A stretch of DNA of 62,513 bases, the filler included, from Sphacelaria rigidula (Eukaryota), in the NCBI GenBank assembly GCA_964200075.2. It is 5 parts of 5 records of this genome, joined end to end, with 100 filler letters (N's around TTAATTAATTAA, not from the genome) between each part and the next. Parts side by side here need not be neighbours in the genome. Positions count along the whole stretch, not along the records: positions 1 to 12,424 come from CAXNAA020003790.1; positions 12,525 to 24,947 come from CAXNAA020003791.1; 3 more parts are not named here. One strand, given 5' to 3'. This document shows, in pieces, positions 1 through 12,774 of the stretch (position 1 is the stretch's first letter; each line of letters begins with the position of its first letter). A model generated the notes under the pieces. It was not told the DNA's origin, searched no databases, and saw only the letters and a list, made by a program, of their open reading frames with translations. The translations under genes were made by a program, and so were the position numbers.

Positions 1-1642
1 GATTTTGAGTTGAACCTCATTTTGTTTTTCAACCCCATTTTCGAGAATCGGCTGTTTATTGATTTATGGATAGATTGATAGATCACCACACCTCGGGTTA
101 TTGAAAACGTGATACGATTTTTGGGTGGGTTCTGTGTGCATGTGAGGCAAAAAACGTGGGGTGGAATCGAATCTGCTCGTGTCTGATACGTCCACGACAT
201 TGATGTTCTCAACCATCTACGAAAATATATAGCGTGGACGAATAAAAAATGAGCGAATTCGATTCGACCGCACGTTTTCGAGTCAAAAACAATTTGATAA
301 GACACGGCCTGACCCCATCATCAGGTTCACGTTCGAGGCCTCTTTATCAACTGGTCGGAAAAAATGGTTGACGCACTATGGAGAACACTCGGGCAAGGGG
401 GTGCAGAGGATTCCCTACAGAATGTGTGCGTTGCCAGAGCTCAAATCGACGCCTTTCAGCCGATTTTGGAACAAAACACGTTCTGGACAAGCTGGGTCTC
501 TTGCTCACCACTGTTCACCTGTATCTGTTGGTTGTTCCATCCATCGCCCCGACTAACACTGAAACGAGTACGTTTTATATTCAACCATTTTCCCCGACCA
601 GTTGGTAACGCCTGTTGGTTTGTTCTGGGTGAAGATATCAACGGCTGGGCCGGTAATGAATCGGAACCAGTGGCATTTGATGCGTTGTATTCCACAGCGT
701 TATTACTAGCCATATATATGATAATGCGTAATGCTACAGAGGTTTGAATCTTTACAATGGGAATCGGTCGGTACGATAGCGCAAGAATGTATGTCAGATT
801 AGGAACAATACCGTTGGAACATGGGGCTATTCACGATTGCAGGTTTGGGATGAGTGTCGACAGCGTCTGTGTCATTTCTTGGGGGATTTTGGACGGGAGA
901 TACGTGGCTGATATAAAAAAAAGAATTCGGGAAGAGCACATGGTGGGTTTGCGATAATCTTTTGCAAGCCTTCGCATAGTGCATGAAACCATTATACTGG
1001 GTCGTGCCGGAGATTGCTTTCGATTGACCTTTTACCGACTGTTCCGCGTGTCATTTTCCAACGAGCCAGATTTCGCCCACATATAGGCACGTCGCCCCCA
1101 TATAAACCAGTTGCTCCCAGCCACCCAGTATCCCTCTGCGCAGCATCTTTCAAAACCGGTGAGTGTCATATTTCGGACAAATGAAGGTAGCTCACAGAGA
1201 CGAGACTTGTAGAGCGCTGTTGTTGGAGTGTTTCTCGTTTGATTGACGGATGAAGATCGCGCCGTGTTGCACAACACGGAGGGAAGAGCGGATCATGCTG
1301 TTCCCGTCGCGTGCGGAGCGGTCCGTTCGACAAAACCACGGGCACCCATCTGCACGGTATTGATTCGTGTTGGCTCGCCGGTGCTAGCACAATGAGAACG
1401 AAATGCAAGAAGTCTGTGAGACTGCGGAGTGCGGCAGGGTCTTTGATACACCGGCCAGTCACCACTTCATCGATAAGTGATGTGTGCAGTTTAGCAGAGA
1501 TGGCGCACTGGGTACCATGTGCGTGCTCGGTCGAGGTACGTGATTTTTTCGAAATTAGCGGCTGCATACTCGTCGGATCAACGAGTAACGTACATGGTAC
1601 GGTCCCGCATCTGCCACGATCTCCTGTATCTTTTTACCGCAG

Positions 1643-3904
1643 GCGACGCAAGCGCGAGATGTAATGGATTCCTCACGGGGGAGGCACGGCCTCAGCCATC
1701 GCTTGTGCGGACCGCTCATGGGCATCATGCACTCTACAGGTGATGATGGCGCATGTCACTACACAGTTCTGTCGTGTGCTGCAGTATGTCGAGCCGGTTT
1801 GATCTGCGTAGAGGATTGTCTCGTGTGCTGTGCTGTTTTTGTGTGCGGTCCTGTACAAATGGGAGAAATCACACTCTGCTCAATCAGAGCCAGCACATCC
1901 AACACGGAATACAGTCGGTAGTACTGCAGTATAATGATGTCGCACTCTCTCATATCTCTCGCTACTCGTCGCGTGGTGGAGTCTGCGTGACTTCCCACTG
2001 CCAGCTCGAGCATAAAAGACAATGCTCTGTGTTGATAATTTCAAAGCTCAAAAACATTATGGGCCCTCACCCCCCATCTATGTATGTATGGTGTACACCA
2101 ACCAAGTATAACGGGAAAAGAGCTGCCGCTCCGTGTACCAAGAGAGGCACGGAAAACCCAAGGTAGAGCGAGTGGCGTGTATCAAAACAGACGTCATGGC
2201 GACGATATATATGTGCGTGTGTATGTTAGTTTTGTTGACTGTTTCGGTACCACCATCTATGAGCAAACCACGTATCTACAGGAAAATTGAGTGATGACCT
2301 ACTCGTACAGACAGGAGGGTACACTGTCAATTTGAATGTAGGTACACGAAAGCGCAACTGAAACACGGAGCATAGTACAACGCTGTACAGAGAGTACAGT
2401 GTAGTGTCTCGATATTATCTTCTCCCCCCTCCCGCTGCGTTCCTCCCTTCGTCGATGAGCATCACTGAAGGATAACATTCTATCAAACTCCTAGGTAGCG
2501 TGAGCCCTCTCTACGGTCACAGCTGTCGATATTTTGAGCCCTTGACCGCCAGGGTGGGGATTTTCGAAGTGAGAATTATGCCGACGAAAGAGAGGACCCA
2601 GCATTGGGGTGACACGTTCTCCGTGTTCTTTCGAAGAGCGGGCGGATGCCGTGGAGACGGTACGATGCAGATACTTGTTTCTGCTCCAATTGTGTCCCAT
2701 GCTTGATCATAGATGGTTCACACCGAGAGTACCCAGAACAAAACCTCCGAGACCCCATGTACCTTTTACCCCCCCGTCCGGCGGTCGTAGGATTCGGTTG
2801 TTTTTTCACAGTGAGAAACACTCAATATACAGCCATTTTAGGGCGACTTGGGTGAGGTAGTGCCCATGACTTTTGGCCCTATCTGCCCCCACAACACTGG
2901 ACGCAAATTGGCGGTGCATATAGATGCGCTGAGCTCGATTGAGGAAGCATTGCAGGTCATTGGGGTATTTGTGTGGTCTTGTTCTTGTCGTGGAAGTGTG
3001 ATGTGCAATGTAGTGCCGAAACTCATGCATATATATAACTCTACCTTAGCTGCGGAGGTATGCGAAGAATTAAAGAATCATCACCACGAATTGTTATTCT
3101 TTATATTCTTTTTCACTTTTTTACTTCTTTAATTTTCATCCTTTATTTATGCATAGGATTTAGGAACCCCCGCCCCCCCCCCAAAACACCCAGGAATGAA
3201 AAAATCGGCATAGGGCCTCGCATTTGTTTTTGGGCACTCCTGTTCATACCAGAAAATATATGGGTGTGTATCACAAATGATGACGGATTTCCCAGCGAGT
3301 GCACTGCCCATGTATATGCGTCATAACTCTTGACTCACACCCCTACCTGATGCGCACCGTCTCTTTCCCCCCGCTGCCGCTGGCACCTTTTCCAAGAACC
3401 AGACGAACCTCCCAGACGGAGACACGATCGAGCTCGACAAGGCCTTGGAGGATGTCGTGTCTGATGTCGCCGGAGTCGAGAGTGCCCAGCTGCTCGGCAT
3501 GATGAGTCCAAGTCTTTTCGATCGTGAGTACCCGCCTAGTGTTGAATGTGTCGGTATCGTCCTCGCGTGGTGCCAAGTAAATGGATACGTTTGGAAGCAT
3601 CATCCCCACACGGGACAAACGGACGTCCTGTTTGCGCCAGTTTCTAATTTGAAGTTGTTGAAATTCGCCCAGCTGTACTGAAGCGCCCGATTTATCGGCT
3701 GCAGCCTGCCCCATTAACTCTTGCGATCACCCGTACCCTTCGCCGCTGCCCCCGATCAATCATTCCCGCAGGATCATCCAGAAGACGTGCAAGACGCATC
3801 TCTTCCAAGTGTCGACGCTCGGCGTGACATCAAATTGCGCAGAGTCGGCGATTTGTGTAGGCCACGTACTGTCCCTCAAGGGGGAGAGCACGGATGGGGT
3901 AGAG
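1643..3904 (+). pseudogene. Possible intron-containing Mutator/MULE-like transposase relic
   Basis: Exon-like blocks with pyrimidine-rich AG acceptors at 1643-1739, ~2495-2706, 3403-3523 and 3772-~3900. They translate to ...KERTQHWGDTF... (E-x4-W) and ...STLGVTSNCAESAI... (like the MULE TSNxAES motif). The 3523/3772 junction is 1 nt out of phase, so it is probably decayed. Confidence 0.3.
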
Positions 3905-5249
3905 GTGGAGCAGGAGCGGTGGTCTTGGAGCCTACCGAGACCCAGCGTCCGGTGTTCGTTGTACCGTTGATTGCTGTTCAGCACAGCATGGTGTTTTTGT
4001 TTTGGTTAGCCAGTTCCAAGTGCTCCCGGTGTTTTGCAGCTAATTTGTTGATGCGGTAGTATTTGTTTTCCCGTGTTGATGGGTCATGAGCTATTCTTGA
4101 TGAGTCCGTCGGCTCATGTTTCGAGTGCATTTTCGGAAATCCGATGCGGTTGGCGAGAGTCACTGGCAAAATCGATTTGCTGCAGCTCATAGACGGGAGG
4201 CGCTCCATTGGCTTCGTGCAAGAGAATTTGGTATGATCCGCTGCCATCGAGGGTGAGATGATGGAACGGAAAATCCAGGGTCCCACCACGTTTTGCGACT
4301 TGTCTCGGCACGAAAAGGCGGGATATCAGCAGTCATATCACACGCGATGACTTGCGCTTTCAAAAACAACGACGGAAACTGCGGCGAAATTTTTGAACAG
4401 AAACGTGATTTCAAGATATCCACGAGCCCCAAGTCCACACGAATGGTGGCATCAACCGCAATTGCGAATGAATTCGCGCACAACATGGCTAAATCGTATC
4501 TTGTACTCGAACCGCACGACTTACTACTTCGGAGACCTCTTGAACGGTGCGTTCTTCCACAAATGCGCGCCTGTGGGCCAGCGCGCAACATTGTCCAACA
4601 TAAATCTGCCATTCCATTCAGGCAACGGGTGGCAGGAATGTCCAACATGCTACAAATGTAAACTTTTCGTCTCATCATCGGAACCGGCGCAGCGAGACAT
4701 GTTATGAATAAAACCTCACTCTCGATCGTACTTTCAACGCTCGATTTCACGGAAACACTGTTAGATTTGCCGGAAGGATTTTGCATCAATGTGCGAGGTA
4801 AGCGTTTTGTCCATTAATGATGCAGACACTCCCCGCCGCTGAAAGCCATCAAAATCCTACTCTCAATCGTTTCGTAGATTCTCAATCTCACGAAAACATT
4901 GTTTAATGTTACGCGCGTATTATCTCATCAAACCACATGCTCCACCACTTGATTGGACCCCCGCCTATTCCCTTGATATTCAAGCTTGCGCGGAGAAAAT
5001 ACCTGCAGACTCTGCATTATATGTTTTCCTCGTGTATTCGTCCAGAGGCCGCTCTCGAAATCTCTGACCCAAGCGAATCGGAAAAGTGGGCTAGGCTCCT
5101 CTCGGTGGGGTGATACGAAGTGTCCAAGAAGACGTGCGGTGGCGATTTTCCTTGTTTGGGGGTCAAAAACCTTGTCTAATGTCCTAAAAGTGTTAAATAC
5201 GAGCCAAACAAGTGCGAACCGGAAGAAACTGTCTTATATTCAAAATATG

Positions 5250-5759
5250 GTTTCATTCTTCACCTACTGATCGCTGTTGATCGCTGCTACACGGCATAGA
5301 AATTTGGATGTCGAACACCGAAACGGTGAGGTTCTAGGTGAAAATACAGTTTAGTGTGATTCCGGGTGTCCGAGCGGATGCCAAAATGGTTCCGAAATGA
5401 GTTTTGTCACCTTGGACCCTAACATTCCGGTGATCCGACATCCAAATTCCCATGGCGTGTAGCGTTGTCAAAAGCCATTAGTAGGTGGGGAAGGCGGGGA
5501 GAGACCAGAGATCCCCGTTCCAGATTTTGTCAACGGAGGGAGTGAGGTGGAGCCGGAATCATCATCAACGTTGACAGAAGCACAGACGCCAACACCTACG
5601 CCGACGCACACATCGGCAGCTGACACTGTCTCATCGCCCGCACTGTCGTCCTCTTCCAAGCGTCTCTCGCAAGAAATGGAACCATATTTCGAATATGTGG
5701 TACTGATACGAAGATTTTAATCCTCCTCTTTTCTCATCCCCAATTTGTAAGATCCCGTG
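5250..5759 (-). mobile_element. Partial inverted copy of the CACGGGATCTTAC-TIR non-autonomous DNA transposon
   Basis: Ends in TTGTAAGATCCCGTG (5745-5759). 5261-5490 and 5671-5759 are reverse-complement similar to 14721-15050. Has an internal hairpin CACCTACTGA...TAGTAGGTG. Confidence 0.7.
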
Positions 5760-6762
5760 TTTTCGTGAGATTGAGATGCAGGCCAGCTGTTGCAGAACGT
5801 GGAAGTGTATTTCGGAACTGAAACGATTCATTCACTGATTGACTGCTTTTTACTCTCAATCGTAGCATTCACCCTCTCAGTCTCACCAATACTGTTATAC
5901 GTGAAATTCCGCGCCATTTGCTGATGACAAGTATGAGTGATGGGCGCGAACCAGCTCATACAGCGAACTTTTTCCATGGGACGAACTTGACGGGCACTTT
6001 ACATAGGCGTAATATTGGAACACAACTTCAACCTCAGCGCAGTTCGTTTTCAAAAACAGCGTGTTTTAATTTCGGGTATTCCTGTGTAGTCCTGCGCATT
6101 CCGCATCAGGATTAGTGTAGACGGGGGACGCGATGTCACACTACATTCGTACGTGGGAAATGTTCTCGAGGCAAAGACATGTAAAGAGGACACTTCTGGA
6201 GTCGGTCAGGTGACGGCACGTCCAGCATTTTTGCATATACAGGAAGACAGCGATCATCACACGTCCGTCAAAAGATACATTCATCATTATTTCAAATACA
6301 AACGGATACAATTTCCACATACAACACCCAAAGGTGAAGACAAAAGCATTCGACCAAGCTCCGTCCTGCGAAACATTCAATCCGCCCTGAAATATCCCAG
6401 ACTGTAAAAAGGGGTTCCAAAGACTCCCAACAACATGCATGATACTGTCATGACCACCGAAATATTTCACATGAGACGTGAAAAACAACTCGAAGGCTCC
6501 TCTCATATGACTGCCAACAGGCCCCGAGAACAAATTTTGGAGGAAAGGTGTTATCTTCCAACCCGGACAAACAGAAGAGGGGGATGTGACATACCTAGTC
6601 AAGTAACCTTTCCCACAACGACACAAAATGCGGGATCTGTCAGATACTACACACTTCTCACGACCAATCGGGGTCGATAATCGTGGTAAACAAGACGTCA
6701 TGAACCATGACATCATCGTTCAGGTCACGTCACTCATCCCCAGGGGTCAAACTACAGCCACG

Positions 6763-6955
6763 ACCCCCCCCCCCCACCCACCCCCCCCACCCCCCCCCCC
6801 CCCCCCCCCCAACACCCAACCCCCCCACACACCCGCCCTGCCCCCCCCCCCCGTGCNNNNNNNNNNCACGAACCCCCCCGTCCCGGCCCCCCCCCCCCCC
6901 CCCGGGGCCCAACCCACACCACCGCCCCCCCCCCCCCCCACCCCCCCACCCCTCC
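6763..6955. repeat. Poly-C low-complexity tract with internal N gap
   Basis: Long C runs around a 10-N gap. Confidence 0.9.
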
Positions 6956-8104
6956 ATGCTGCGATTGCAAAACCATTAGATCAACCGTGAAGATTTCCTC
7001 AGCACCGTCGTAGCTCATATCGCAGTCCGTGACATGAGACTCCTCTATTAGACCACACCATCGCCGTCATACTACGGATATACGGCGAAAAACATCTCGA
7101 GAAAGGTCGAGGGTATATCGATTGTAGTGCACGAGGGAGAAAAGAAAGCCCACAAATGAAATACCCATCTCAGTGGGACCGCAGGTGCACTCAACGGTGC
7201 TCCTTACACTCCACAACTCGGGACAGAAGCGACACTGTCAACCTGTGCCAAAGCCGCCCCGATCCGACCCGCGGTCAGAAACACAGACGTGGCCATCGAC
7301 GGCCATATCCTCATCACGACACTGATAGAATTGACCCGCCTTTCCCCCCTCCCTCAAATCACAAGCACTTCGAGTCAAAGTGCACCGTGCCTAACGCCAA
7401 ATCTTACAGACGACGACGGCAAAAATAGTATACATATCGGGGGCACTCTAGGCACCCACTCATAGCCGCGATTTCATGGCGTGAACAGGGTGGGTGGAGG
7501 TATGCTGTCTGGCAACAACTTGAGCTCCCGAGAAACCTCAAGCGGAAAAGCTTTGTTCATGTACTAAGCGCGAGAGGCTTCGCTCACGTAGTAGGACTAC
7601 ACAGGAATGCGCAGGTCTTGAAAACTGCACCACTCGACCACTTTTCACAGGGGAGGTGAAATGAACACACGTCGGGCCTCCTCACAACCCGCCAATCTCA
7701 TATCACACCGCACACACACAGATATGTGCGGAGATTCCATCTCTAGAAGCAGCATATCAGCCGCCTACACCTCATCAAATGAGGCACATCAGAGTCAACT
7801 TCGACACACGGGCAACTGCAAACGGCAGATCAACGGCCAGCGTTACACGGGTTGTCAAATACGGCGAGAGTTAAATACGCTCGAAAACAGAGAAAAAAAA
7901 CAAAAACCCGCATAACACCAATCCTCCAAGGCGGCGGCGCCAATCACACATCATTATCTGGCCTCATCACTGACCCCGAACACTCTGAATGACCAAAAAT
8001 CTCATCCAGTAAATCTATTACAACTCAGGCGATGATCGAGTATAAACTTTCGCAGGTGAAGGTCGCTAGTGAGCACGTTTCGCCGCCCAGGACGGCGGAA
8101 TTTA

Positions 8105-11100
8105 TTAGGATCTCGGTTGGCGTACTTCGAACGCAAACGCACCCACCACGGCCACCACAGCGGCCGTCAATACAGGGATGAGGAGGCCGTGTCCGGCGGT
8201 CGTGGGGCGACTCCAGGCGGCACTTGTCTCATTCGCGAAGTCCCGAGCGTTGCCCGAAATGAATGGCACCGGAGTCGGTACCGGGGTGATGGCGGGAGAC
8301 ATAGTCGGGGCAGGCGTAGCTGTAGTCCACGTGAGTTACCGACGTGGGCGGACGGACGACACGGGAGAAAAAAATGGTGGCGGGTCAGATTGTGAGGATA
8401 GCGTTCCCGAAAGTTGGCATCGGCTAACAGTTACCCCTTGGAAAACGACCACTTGACAGAAGGGAGAATCACGGACAGGCTGAGTTCCAAGTTTAACGAG
8501 CAAGTACTCTGTAGTACGAGGCACCCTGCGAAACGTAAAATTTCACACGCGTGCCGGGTTATATGATTGACAATCTTGTGCGGCAGGTTGCAGTCACGAC
8601 ATCGACAGGCGCAAGACTTCGGGATATGACAGCAGTATAGCATGATTTGATGCAGCGTCAGTCGACAAGAGCCTTGACTGCGCCACATGGAACTTGGCTC
8701 CGGATTTTTACTCGCGGCTGCTCACCCCCCCCCATGCTTGTTCAACAGATTGAACACGTGAATGAGGGAGTCCCAAAGAACGGTCGAAAGTTATCAGGAG
8801 TTATCGATCAAGCTCGACAAACACAAGACCAACGGTGAGAATCAAAAACTCACAAGGAATGACGCAGGGTGCCACTATACTTCCCCCGCATATCTGGTTC
8901 GACTGAAGGATCGAGGAAGGGCAGCAATCCGAGGCACCGTTGGTACCCGAAACATTACCGCATCCCACACCACCGCACATTCCACACGATTCCAGACAGC
9001 AGACGGATCCATCTTGGTACCCGGCGAGGCCGTTAGAACACACCGAAGGCACTGTCGACGGGTTCACGGGAAGCAGCCACAATCAAACAACAGGGGACGT
9101 GAATGGGGGAGGTTCCAAGCCTTGGTGACGACAGATGTTCGAAATACGTCGTGGTACCGATGCCATGTGTACTTGACAGTCGACGGCAACGTGAAGTCAG
9201 CGACTGTGTCAAACTCGAAGCACCCTGCGAATTCTTGTGCCGGTGCCGACACACAACCACCCAAACATACGCACGCCAGGACAAGGAGTACTCACGGAAG
9301 GGTGGCACGGTTTCGGGCACAACAGGCGCGGGAGTGGGCGCCCATCCGTCGATGAAGCAAGGTGCCTCTCCAGTTTCCGCGCAGGATGTACCGTTGGCGA
9401 TAATAGTGGAAGAACAGCAGTACTCAGAGCCACCGGTGCCCGGCAGAGTACCGCATCCTGCACATTAAACGAGCCCCCGCCCCGTCATTGGAGATAACAG
9501 AGGTGACAGTAGGTACGAGTGAGAAAAGTCAGGTGAGAGAGAAAAAGGTTTATCGAGACCATCACGCGCTACCTATACAACAACCATATGTCAATATTTC
9601 CACAATGAGCATCGTACTTTTTCCAACCCCCATTACTCAACCGTTGTAGTGAGCGCTCCCGCAGTCAGAAGCTGTCCCGGATTTAAAAGAGAATCGTTGA
9701 GACAAACGATAGCGGCTGCGGTAGGGCCGAAAAACCTTTCAGCGCAACCAAAGCGGATTTCATAATGCCAAGCAACGTTTCCGCTTCACTCCGAGAGGGT
9801 ACTTACTCTCCGGCCATACCTTTTGAAAAGAGACATGCTTCTCTTCACTCCACAACATTGTCCACCTTATTTTTGCCCCTGTTTCGCGTCAACACCGCTT
9901 TTCACATTTTCACTCACCTACTCCACCGCACTGTCCACATCTTTCATCGCAACAGGCGGCGGCATCTTGGACCCCCGCAAAGCCGTTGGAGCAGGTGGAC
10001 GCGACTGCGTAAAACAAGAGGAAAGATGACGAATCGATGTGGGTTCGAGTGACGTCATTCATCCTGACTACACATGGCCAAGCCACAAACGAGGGATACC
10101 ACTAAAAAACGTCAATCTGGCGGGAGGCGTACTCTGGAACAACACGCCGGCGTTGTGGGGGGATGTGCTCCGGTCGCGACAAGAGAATACATGCCTCCTC
10201 CCTTCAACAAAAAATTGGTCAACGAGCTAGCTCGAGACGAGGGTACAGAAAGACCGACATCGTCACTTGGAATGACGACTTTCCCAGTCGCACTGATTCA
10301 AATGTTTGCTCCGTGTCTCGTCACGACACACACTCGACACATGCAGCATCCGAAACCACAAACGTTCGTGCAGACGCACAACCGTCATCAAAAACGAGCT
10401 GCTCAGCTACGGCGTCACAAGTATCCAAGGCTACACTCAGTAGACTAAAAGGGGCTGACGTTCGGTCATTTGCGGTGATATAAAGCGGATTTCTATCGGA
10501 CAGTACCCTCGTGGATCATACCCGAGTGCTCGGAACAGGGCTTGACATCCTTTAGAAGATACCGGAATGTTCGCTACACTTTCGGTACGGTTCAGTCATG
10601 CCAACGAAGACGAGGAGACCTCAACCTTTGGTCGGATAGCTGTGGTTGCCTCTTGAACAGACCCCGACACTTACAGCAACCCCAACCCCGTCCAAAGGCG
10701 TACGAGCATCCTCTGGCACGTTCCGATATGGTTCCAGAGGAGGCCTACCGCCCAGTCAAGCGAGCAGCGGTACCCGGGAAATACTCACCGAATGGGGCAG
10801 CGGTGCCCGGGATGCCTTGGGGTGCAGGAGTATAGTTTTCGATCACGCAAGGCGCCACCTGGCCGTTGAGACCGCAGATCTGGTTGGCCTGCAGCACAGC
10901 AGACGCGCAGCAGTTTCCGCTGCCACCCGTACCAGAGATAGTACCGCAGCCAGCACCTGAAATGGTGGGGGTGAGGCGGAAGTCTTGATGTTGAGGAAAA
11001 ATCAATTAGTCGGCTCGTGCTTCGCGCCACCGCAAAGATCAAGTTCACCAACCATGTGAGAAAAAACACCACGTAATAGGAGAGATGAACCCTCAAACCG

Positions 11101-12271
11101 TCTGGTTGAAGTATTTTGATGTTGGCACAAGGTTCGCCACCATGCCTCTAAGACCAAGGTCAACAATACGAACCCGACAGCATCCACGAATGGCTCAGAT
11201 CAAGGGAGGGAAGGAAGGTGTCCACACAGATGCGCTAGACAGAGTACTGGGCAGCAACCTCAGCCAAATTGAACTGCAATTTCTTACACCACACAAAGTT
11301 TCGTCGACACCAAAAATTGCAATCTGAGCACTGTCGACGGCATCTTTAGGGAAACGTTGGTGCACCTACCGCCACACTGTCCGCACTCCTCCGAGCAGCA
11401 AGCAGCACCGTTTTGGACTCCAGCGATGCCGTTGCTGCACATGGAAGGCTCTGGCAATACCAAAGAGTACAGCGGGGGGGAAGGCGACAATAGATGACGA
11501 CCAGGAACTGCACTAAACTACGCAGCTTCTCCTGATCGAAACAACGTGAACGCTGACGCGCAAGTGCGTGAGAAGCAATGCTCATTTATCGAATGGCATG
11601 ATTGCACAAGTGATGCGATACAAGACCTACTCATTCCGAGGCTGCCCGAGGACGCGCACAGGAATTTCGCCACCCACCGAATGGAGCCAAACTTCCTCCA
11701 AACGCTGGGTTGACGGGAGATGGTGTGTAGTCGCCGATGATGCAAGGAGCCTCCACACCATCGCCACACACCTGCCAAGATCACGTCATTATCCATTGAC
11801 CATGGTTCCGCCGTATCATGACGGACGTAGAATGGAAGATCATGCACGGATACGATATGCCGTTACCACTCAGAACAGAAACAGTGTCAACAATTCGTTT
11901 CTCCCACAAAATCCCACCGTTTCAGCCCAGAACTACCCCGTAAGAACAAGAAAAAAATAGCATTATATGTTTCAGTCATTACACAACCATATCACACACA
12001 TCTCTTCTCTTGACAGACCTCGTTTCAAACTCCGGTCTGCTACCCTCATTTCGTGAAACGATCCTATATTCTGCAAAGGGGGGCTCAACGATCGGAAGAA
12101 CACGGGGCTTTACCTGGCCATTCTCACGAATAGTCGACGAACAGCAGAACTCGTTTCCTCCTGTTCCGGGAATCGTTCCGCACCCGGCACCACCGCACTG
12201 ACCGCAAGCCTGGAGACAGCAGACGTCCAGATCTTGGTACCCCGGCAGACCGTTGGAACAGAATTCCGGGA
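8105..12271 (-). CDS. Cell-surface protein with >=4 tandem 10-cysteine repeats, Pro/Thr linkers and a C-terminal hydrophobic GPI-signal/TM segment (5' truncated)
   Basis: Eight GT-AG exons in consistent phase: 12271-12114, 11771-11678, 11450-11370, 10956-10789, 10004-9918, 9457-9296, 9051-8854, 8319-8105. Repeat consensus CSNGxxGxQxxxxCCxxxCGxCGGxGCGxxxGTxGxxxCCxSxIxxxxxxCxxxxxAPCxI. C-terminus ...ETSAAWSRPTTAGHGLLIPVLTAAVVAVVGAFAFEVRQPRS*. Confidence 0.9.
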
Positions 12272-12424
12272 CTGGTGCATAGTTGTGTCGGGGGGAACAG
12301 AGGTACGCTTAGGCTTACGCTGACGGACGGCGGTAGGGGGGGGGGGGGGGGGTTGGAACTCGGACCACCACGGTGTTGTTCTCGTCTGCACCGCGCACCC
12401 CGTCTTGCTTGGAGGGTGGTGGTG

Positions 12425-12524
12425 NNNNNNNNNNNNNNNNNNNNNNNNNNNNNNNNNNNNNNNNNNNNTTAATTAATTAANNNNNNNNNNNNNNNNNNNN
12501 NNNNNNNNNNNNNNNNNNNNNNNN
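12425..12524. other. Artificial contig linker
   Basis: N44-TTAATTAATTAA-N44, which puts stops in all six frames. Confidence 0.97.
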
Positions 12525-12774
12525 TTGAGGCCAGAAGAGCTGGGGAGTCCCTCAACAGCATTTAGACGCTGCAGTACAAGCAGACCTGCTAGCGTTACAA
12601 GCTCGCAGTACTGCCGCCCGGCACTTCAGACAGATGACCCTCAGTAGTGCCCTCACCGTAACAGTGGCAAAATACAGTTTAGAGTTGAAAAACTCTGAAC
12701 GGCTTCACGGGGTTGATAGAGAAAGACTACGCAAACAGTTGCAGTACAGTGGGGGGCTCCCAGTAATGCCGGTA

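Noticed and set aside
4187..4789. 200-aa minus-strand ORF, considered as a Plavaka/CACTA-like transposase
   Set aside because: Motif resemblance needs several frame switches and is not convincing; the region looks like non-coding repeat interior.
6628..7018. Poly-Pro and poly-Gly ORFs (extensin- or formin-like)
   Set aside because: They are translations of a poly-C tract around an N gap, with no splice or codon support.
12469..12480. TTAATTAATTAA as a biological motif (piggyBac TTAA target, regulatory site)
   Set aside because: It is identical and centred in N-runs four times; it is an assembly linker.
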